DNA of 64,000 nt from positions 216,566,001 through 216,630,000 of the forward strand of contig OZ024742.1 of the NCBI GenBank assembly GCA_964016885.1, written 5' to 3'. The DNA is from Eledone cirrhosa (Eukaryota). Shown here piece by piece: positions 55,979-64,000 of the stretch (position 1 is the stretch's first letter; each line of letters opens with the position of its first letter). The notes below the pieces were generated by a model. That model saw nothing but the letters and a program-made list of their open reading frames with translations, was not told the DNA's origin and searched no databases. The position numbers and the translations under genes are program-made.

Positions 55979-56810
55979 TGTAATGTGAGTTTTTCGAATA
56001 TTAATAATGATATTCGATTCGTTTGCAATTATGCAAACAAGCCTCATTTTTAAAGCTATGTCTGTAGAATGAGCTCCTCATTCTTGCTCTTATGTTGGTA
56101 TATAAACAGAACTGCAGACACTAATGTTTCTGGGTATCACCCTTCATCAGTACAGTTCTCTGTTCACCTGCCAACTGTCAGAGCTAGTGAAAATATATGA
56201 TATTTTCTAAAATATACAGTGACTGATCGGTCTGATTTGCATATTAGCAGACTGGCTGATCAGTCAGATCTGCATATTAGCAGATCCACTAATGAGCCAG
56301 ATTTGCATATCAGCAGACTGGCCAGTGACTTTCCTGTATACGAGCGATTAATGGCCGGCTTTGCCATATTCAAATAAAAAATAAAAACATTTTTCGCTCT
56401 ACATGACTGAATACAATAAATGTAATCTGAGTTTTTCGAATATTAATAATAATATTCGATTCATTTGCAATTATGCAAACAAGCTTCATTTTTAAAGCTA
56501 CGTCAGTAGAATGAGCCCCTCATTCTTGCTCTTGTAAACAGAATCGCTCGTATACAGGAAACTGACTGGCCAGTCTGCTGATATGCAAATCTGGCTGATC
56601 AGTGAATCTGCTAATATGCAGATCTGACTGATCAGCCAATCAGCTAATATGCAAATCAGGCCGATCAGTCACTGTCTATTTTAGAAAATATCGTATATTT
56701 TCACTAGCGCTGACAGTTGGCAGGTAAACAGAGAACTACAATGATGAAGTGTGATACCCAGAAACATTAGTGTCTGCTGTTCTATTTACATGCCAACATA
56801 AGAGTAAGAA
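55979..56810 (-). mobile_element. 442-bp HHR unit x1.3 plus inverted arm (retrozyme / non-autonomous PLE)
   Basis: 55979 repeats at 56421. 56542-56810 is an inverted copy of ~56081-56349. Intact HHR at 56108-56159(-), mutated HHR at 56733-56782(+). Confidence 0.9.
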
Positions 56811-56866
56811 CATTTATATGTGTGTGTGTGTTCGTGCGTGTCTGTGTGTGTGTGTGTGTGTATGTA

Positions 56867-57010
56867 TAATGACTACTCTGTAGTTATAATTACTACTATA
56901 ATGACTAATATAATGATTACTATGTAGCTATAATGACTACTATGTAGCTATAATGACTACTATGTAGCTATAATGACTACTCTGTAGTTATAATTACTAC
57001 TCTATAGTTT
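56867..57010. repeat. 20-bp minisatellite (TAATGACTACTATGTAGCTA)
   Basis: About 6-7 imperfect units. Confidence 0.85.
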
Positions 57011-57473
57011 CACCTGTTTCTTCACAGGATCACCAGAGAAGATTCATCATTTATAAATAATATTATCAAACTTATTCATATATGAAGGCAATTACACAAT
57101 TTAACATTTCGATTCTTCTTCTCTCTAAGTATTCATGTTCTGATCTGTCAACATCACACACACACAAACACACACATATATTTTTATATATATAGCCACC
57201 CGTCAGACGCAAGTCAGCCAGAGATTACCTTCTCTATTTAAGGCTTATAATATCTCGGGCCGAATTTGATCTTCCCCAGTGGCCTTGCCACATTTGATGT
57301 CTTTAACTGTTCTGTGATTTCCGCCTGTGAGAGATTAGTCACCACTCCCAGATGCACCTCGTGTACACCCGAAGATTGTGTTTTGATCAAGTTTACTATA
57401 TACTTGCTTTACTGAACAGGCAATGCATTATGGGCTCATATATGTATATATGTATGCGTGTGTCTGCGAGCGC

Positions 57474-57519
<46 letters not shown>

Positions 57520-58427
57520 TAATGATATCATAACTTAAGTTCTTAGCACTTGAACTCAGTATAACAAACTAAGGAACCGTTGCTAAATTTTACAATGGTC
57601 ATGCTATCAACAGCGCTTCGTTCCGATCGTGGTTAAGATATTTAATACTTATTGGACGCGTTCACCTATCTCTGAATATGTAGCTTAACGTACCAATAGG
57701 GAAGCCCTTTAGTCACCCATCGATTTATAAGAAATACCAACCAACACTCTCAAGAAATGAACGTCACATTGGAAATTTTAATTCTACATCAACTTATTTG
57801 CCTTATCGCAGACTAAATAGCGGTTCGATCCCAACTAGGAACTGTTTGAATATAAGTTTTCTAGATCATGGCTGAGCTGTTGATTGGATGATTGCTTTGT
57901 TTCCATGAAATACCGAGTACACCTTTCACACAGAAGTACATTTACAAAATATAGTTGAATGTCGTATCCAGATCCAGCTGGAGTTTATTATTTCATGCTG
58001 TTACAGCTGCAGAAAACAGAGATAAGCCTAACAACTATATTATAATTTCGTGCGATTCATTAACGAAATATTAGCTAAGCTACCTTGCTAATATTCACAG
58101 AGTTGAATTCAATCTTCCCATTGTTAGCTACATGAAACTCAGCAGACTGTTCGTTTGTCATTTGACCGAAGTGTTTCCTTGTCTAACAAACGGAGTGCAA
58201 CATCGGTGACAATAAAAAACAAGAAAAAGAACCGCCGACATTTTGGCTAGCGCTTCGGTACAATCGACACCACCAGCAGCAATTCTCGATTGTTCTATGA
58301 AAAATAATTCGATTTTATTTATTTTTTTATTTTTTGCTATCCACGCTAGCACATACACACGCGTGCCTACACTCGAATAATACACACATACAAGCATATA
58401 TTCATTATACTTACACACACGCATGCG

Positions 58428-58517
<90 letters not shown>

Positions 58518-59193
58518 TATATACATATATATAGAGAGATACATACATACATAGAGTCATGCATACATACATAATACATACTTACTGTACTTTTAGTTTT
58601 CTTTCTTCCTATCGGTTCTTCCGAATTCTTGCTGCTTCGTTTGAAGATCACTGATTTCACGTCTCTTTAGATATGATGAAAGTCGAATGCATCCATATTC
58701 CTTCACTTTTCTCTCTTCTCTAATACTTTCTTTGATTTTTCTATTGAAATGTCTTCATCCTGTCACCACCACAACTAAGAACATCACGATCACTGCCATG
58801 CCTTCATCATTATGTATATCTATGTATCGCTTTCTTTGTATCTATTTATCTACATTTCTCCATATTTAACTATTTTTTAATCTATTTATCTATAGTCCTT
58901 TAAATCTCATATATTTTTATCATATATCTAGCTATGTATCTATTTTCCTCTGAACTCATGCATCTGTCCATCTATATATCTCCCTCACTATCCTTTCATT
59001 TTTCACACGTTGCCATTTCATTTTGTCTTTGTATTAATTATATTTTTCACTATCATCTTCTTCATTTTTCTTTATGCAACACGCTTCTCGACACGCTTCT
59101 CGACACGCTGTATTTGCCAATTCTAAAGAATAATGTATTGAGTACCTTTTTTTAACTGTATTCACTTCCCGATACACATCGGGAATCCACCAG

Positions 59194-59239
<46 letters not shown>

Positions 59240-59241
<2 letters not shown>

Positions 59242-60037
59242 CGTTTCTGAATTTGTTTAGCAAGATTCTTTATCTGAAATCGTGTGTTGAAACAGATATT
59301 GTTATACTTTGGGAGGGTCATGTTGCCAATAAGAAACACACGCACCAGTTGCTTTCACTTCAATTTATTATAATAAATTTATAATAAATTTATGAATTTA
59401 TACATTTCTGGTTGGTTGGTTGGTTCCACAACCAGATAGTTGTTTATATATTGTCATAGTTCTTTCGTCACACACTCTGTGACCTCTTCAGTGACTGGGG
59501 ATTCCTTTCTTTGTTTTTGTGCCTCTCCTTTGTTCTGTCCTACGCCATTTTGTTTCTGTGTGTGTGTTGTGTGCTCAGTCTGCGCATGCGCCACATCCGG
59601 GTGTCTGTGTGTGTTTATGTTCATTTATTTATTTGTTTATTTACATGTTACTGGTTGGTTGTTTGTTCTATGTGTGTGTTTTCATTTTGTCCTTAATTGT
59701 AAGTTGTGATGTTGCTGTTCCACTCATATTTTCTATTTAATTTTGGTTGTAATTCTTTTATGTTTATTGCCTCTGTGATTTGTCTAAACATTGCGTCTTA
59801 ACTGTAAAACTAGAAATGTAGTGTATAGCATAAGATGTACTGAAGGACAATGTAGAGACAAAAATATAGTGTACATAGGTGAGACAGCTCGTAGTGTAGG
59901 GGAACGGATAAATGAACACTGGCGAGACCTTCAAGATAGTAAAGAATCATCTGTACTCTACCAACATGCTAAAATAGAACACAAGGGTAAATTAGAGAAC
60001 ATAGAAATAAAAATAGAATCTACACACAGAAAAGACG
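59240..60037 (-). mobile_element. Neptune-like PLE 3' end with internal inversion; HHR 59453-59495
   Basis: 59240-59799 minus encodes DAMFRQITEA... and the pLTR. 59797-60037 plus encodes the GIY-YIG NCKTRN...STHRKD. Confidence 0.85.
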
Positions 60038-60255
60038 TGTTTTGGTAAGCAGGTGCTTCGATATCGTTTTCCAATATAATGAATAGTCTGTATTCCTGCT
60101 TTTTAAATTCCATATAAGATATGAGAGGGTAGTAGAATATTCTAGAGGGTAGTATATATATATATATATATATATAAAATTGGTCGTTTTGGAAGCCTCA
60201 ACAATGCAGATGCGTAAATCTCCGGGTAACAAAATCAGGTGGTAATGAGAGAGAT

Positions 60256-60980
60256 GTAAGAGGAAGTGTAGAATAAGACGTATAGGGTGTAGAGGAAGGC
60301 AGGAAAGAGTGTAAAAATAATTATTTCTACTTTTGGCACAAGGCCAGCAATTATCCACTGCATTACTGGTACTTTCTTTTATCGACCCCGTAAGGATGAA
60401 AGGCAAAGTTAACCTCGGCGGGATTTGAACTCAGACCATAAAGGGCCGTAACTCTATGCTGCAAAGCATGGCGTCCGACCCTCTACCGATACTGCCAAAC
60501 CAATAACACGAGACAGATTTACCTTCGAAGTGATTTAATTGTCACTATATTTCGAATTTCGCATCCATCAACTGGGGTTTTCCGAGGGGGAAATTTTTTG
60601 TGTATAGCGTGTCCACCATCCTCCGACCAACAAACAACAATCAGGCAGACTACCAATACAACACCATACCTGCCAGTATCAAAGACTGAATATAAGAAAT
60701 TGACAGCGATGATGTGTACGTACTGACACATCACCATCCCACTACTCCAGTATAGAAGAACTGCCTCGACCTTTGTCTGACCGCAGCTATTCCGCGCGCA
60801 TGCGCACCCTACAGAGTAGTTCAGTGGTACACACACAGTAGACAACAGTTGATGGATGCGAAATCCGAAATATAGGGACAATTAAATCACTTCCAAGATA
60901 ACTTTATATCGTGTTATTATTTTTACACTCTTTCCTACGTTCCTCTACACCCTATACGTCTCATTCTACATTTCCTCTTA
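60256..60980. mobile_element. Inverted-arm element (left arm interrupted by SINE 60321-60501)
   Basis: Arms 60256-60573 / 60847-60980. HHR-like GGAT-gcgaa-ATCC-GAAA-tatag with abnormal core. Confidence 0.65.
60321..60501 (-). mobile_element. tRNA-derived SINE (Meta-like family)
   Basis: Reverse complement of the 4111 copy. Confidence 0.9.
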
Positions 60981-61170
60981 TTCATATTTCGAAATATGTT
61001 TATTTCAACTGCATTATAACTCTTACACTTTCAACCAGTGCTGCCTGTAATTGTGTTCTCTCAAGCATAAAATCTTTTTAACTCCTGACTCTCCACATGA
61101 TGTCTATGACACTAACAACCTAAATGTTCTGAATGACTAGGATTTTAGTCACATGTTTCGACATTCCCTA

Positions 61171-61217
61171 TGCTCCGATGAATCCAGACTTCCGTCTGGA
61201 AGAAACAATTGTCAGCA
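61171..61217 (+). ncRNA. Hammerhead motif (CCGATGA core)
   Basis: tgct-CCGATGA-aTCCAGAC-ttcc-GTCTGGAa-GAAA-CAATTG-TC-agca, then AATAAA. Confidence 0.7.
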
Positions 61218-61257
61218 AATAAATGTTCTAAACTAAAATTTGATCGTTTTAACACTT

Positions 61258-61902
<645 letters not shown>

Positions 61903-62027
61903 TATATATATATATATATATATATACTCATTCAAACTGATTTTCTGACTTGTAGTTTCAAGACAGTTGCCGATAAAGAAAACTTGGAGTACCAACAAAA
62001 TGGCGGTGTATACATCGATAGATAGAT

Positions 62028-62409
62028 ATGTGTCTTTATTAGCCACAGGGGCACAAAAGAAGGGGACAAATACAAAGGGGGAAGTTTACATACAATAAGA
62101 ACGTGTAAAATATTATCACAAATGTAAGTTAAAAGTTAATCGATTTTCCCCAATAGGGGGAGACTTTTCATATGAGTAACACATACCCACGAAATAAATG
62201 TGCAACCCACATCTCCAGGAGTACGAATAGTTTGTACCCCTTTCCTCTCTTCCTCCTTTTCCTCAACCTACAGGCTGATATAGAGAGAAGGCCCATTCAC
62301 TCGGGCCATTCTCACCACTTTCACCCACCTTTCATAAAACTTGCTGGAGTACAGCACCTCTGGTTCTTCTTCCAAAGTGGTATTTGAAAAAAAAAAGAAT
62401 CAGTTGTTG

Positions 62410-62410
<1 letters not shown>
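62028..62410 (-). mobile_element. Tx1-like 3' fragment between (GATA)n tracts
   Basis: Homologous to 48050-48410. Confidence 0.8.
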
Positions 62411-62461
<51 letters not shown>

Positions 62462-62469
62462 CATACAAC

Positions 62470-63213
62470 CCATCAGGGTTGCAGGTGTTATATCAGAGTT
62501 TTCCTTCTCCTAGAATTCTGCCTTGACAAAGGCTAGGGGGTCATCTCTCCCGGTAATTTTGGATGGCCATTGACTTTTAAGAGCTCCTTTGTCCTTTGAC
62601 CGGTTTTGTTTTTAGTCCTGCAGGATGTCCAAAGTCACCCTCTACACCAAGAAACCTTGGTGGGGTTGCCAGTTTAGTCGCCAACGACCCGACCATGAGA
62701 CAGGTTGTATACATACATACATACATACATACATACATACATACATACATACATACATACATACATGGTGGTGGCTGCCAACTCGTTTTCGAGTACGGCC
62801 ACTACATTATATCCATGTAGGAGAACCCCTACCGATGCGCTGAACGAGTGTGACTTTTTAGTCCAGCCAGCGACTTGAAAACTCTGGTACAAACACTACA
62901 CTTGTGACAATTATTGACACATAGTGCTGGGCCCATGGTACCATGCGACGACAAGTGCAGAGAGATCTCCAGATATAAAGCAATGCCTGTGCCGTGAAGC
63001 TTTTATAGTGATCAAAGGCACTGCACAAAGCCAGTCCCACTCTCTTAACCAAGATCATATTTACCAAAAAGAAGTAGAAATATACGACATCATTGTTGCA
63101 GGTGTTATATCAGAGTTTTCCTTCTCCTAGAATTCTGCCTTGACAAAGGCTAAGGGGTCATCTCTCCCAGTGATTTTGGATGGCCATTGATTCTTAAGAG
63201 CTCCTTTGCCCTT

Positions 63214-63215
<2 letters not shown>
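62470..63215 (-). mobile_element. Two RTE-derived fragments (5'UTR; 5'UTR + ZnF 3' end) in (ACAT)n
   Basis: 62477-62595 repeated at 63097-63210. KSLAGLKSHTRSAHR* and (ATGT)n tail at 62765-62900. Confidence 0.65.
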
Positions 63216-63245
<30 letters not shown>

Positions 63246-63312
63246 CATACATACATACATACATACATACATACATACATACATACATACATACATACAT
63301 ACGTACATACAT

Positions 63313-64000
63313 GATGTGTTGGTGGTATATTCATGGTTTTTTTAACATTTATATGCATTGTAGGCACTTATATTTTGTTGTATATTTTTGGTAGTGGAGT
63401 ATGAAATTTGACCGTTGATCTATTGAAAATTTGATGGTATTTATGGTTTGGCGGGAAGTTTTTCTCTAGGACAGTAAAAAATAATTTATAGGGATATTAT
63501 GTTTAATTTGTAGATTAAATGGAGAATTATACCAAGTAACTCGTCTATTACGGTTTCGATGCTGTTTTTTCTTTTTTATACGATGTATCCTGATGTTTAC
63601 TAAGAGAGTTAGTATTAGTGAATTTATTATACATATGTTTAGTTAGATTCACTGATTTAGGTGTTTTAGTCTGATTATTAGGAATTTTGTTAGTAATGTT
63701 ATTAACATCTATTGGAGTATTAGGATGAATGGTTTTTTGAAAGTTATTATATTTTATGTGAGAAGAGGTAGAGAAATTAAATTTTAAGTTGGTATTTTTG
63801 GGTATAGTTTGAGTGGCATTTAGGTGTGTATTTTTCATTTGGTGTTTGTTGGTAATATTGGGTTGTATGTTTGTAGTATTATTGATACAAGGTATATAGA
63901 CTAATTTGTTTTTGTGGCCGCTTCTAGCTAAAGCTTCGTTATAAATGGTCGCATCTTTATCGAATACATCCTGGTTAGATGAAAGGTTAGAAATTCTGAG
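63313..64000 (-). mobile_element. PLE fragment, same family as 12812-15425, running off the window
   Basis: Reverse complement of ~13337-14015. Confidence 0.9.

Noticed and set aside
56867-57010. CRISPR-like array
   Set aside because: Contiguous 20-bp minisatellite with no spacers, in a eukaryotic context

Overview
AT-rich eukaryotic (animal) DNA dominated by microsatellites ((AT)n, (GT)n, (ACAT)n, (GATA)n, (AG)n) and retroelement debris. The SINE families and repeat landscape resemble a cephalopod (Octopus-like) genome, which is an inference. No complete host gene is recognisable, only a few low-confidence candidate exons. Recognisable elements are Penelope-like elements (PLEs) of two types (YRDD/CxC-linker 'Hydra'-like and Zn-knuckle Neptune/Nematis-like), CRE-, RTE-, R4/Dong- and Tx1-clade non-LTR fragments, and tRNA-derived SINEs. 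The main signal, read by eye, is more than 30 type I hammerhead-ribozyme (HHR)-like motifs (stem I-CUGANGA-stem II-GAAA-short, often palindromic stem III-NUH-stem I) in at least a dozen sequence-unrelated families. Most lie in short non-coding elements embedded in (AT)n that show partial tandem duplication and/or fold-back (inverted) arms, i.e. candidate PLE-mobilised retrozymes. Some carry unusual catalytic-core variants (compensatory U3-A8; A4), octamer motifs upstream of the ribozyme, and a shared 3' TACTC...GAGTR hairpin.
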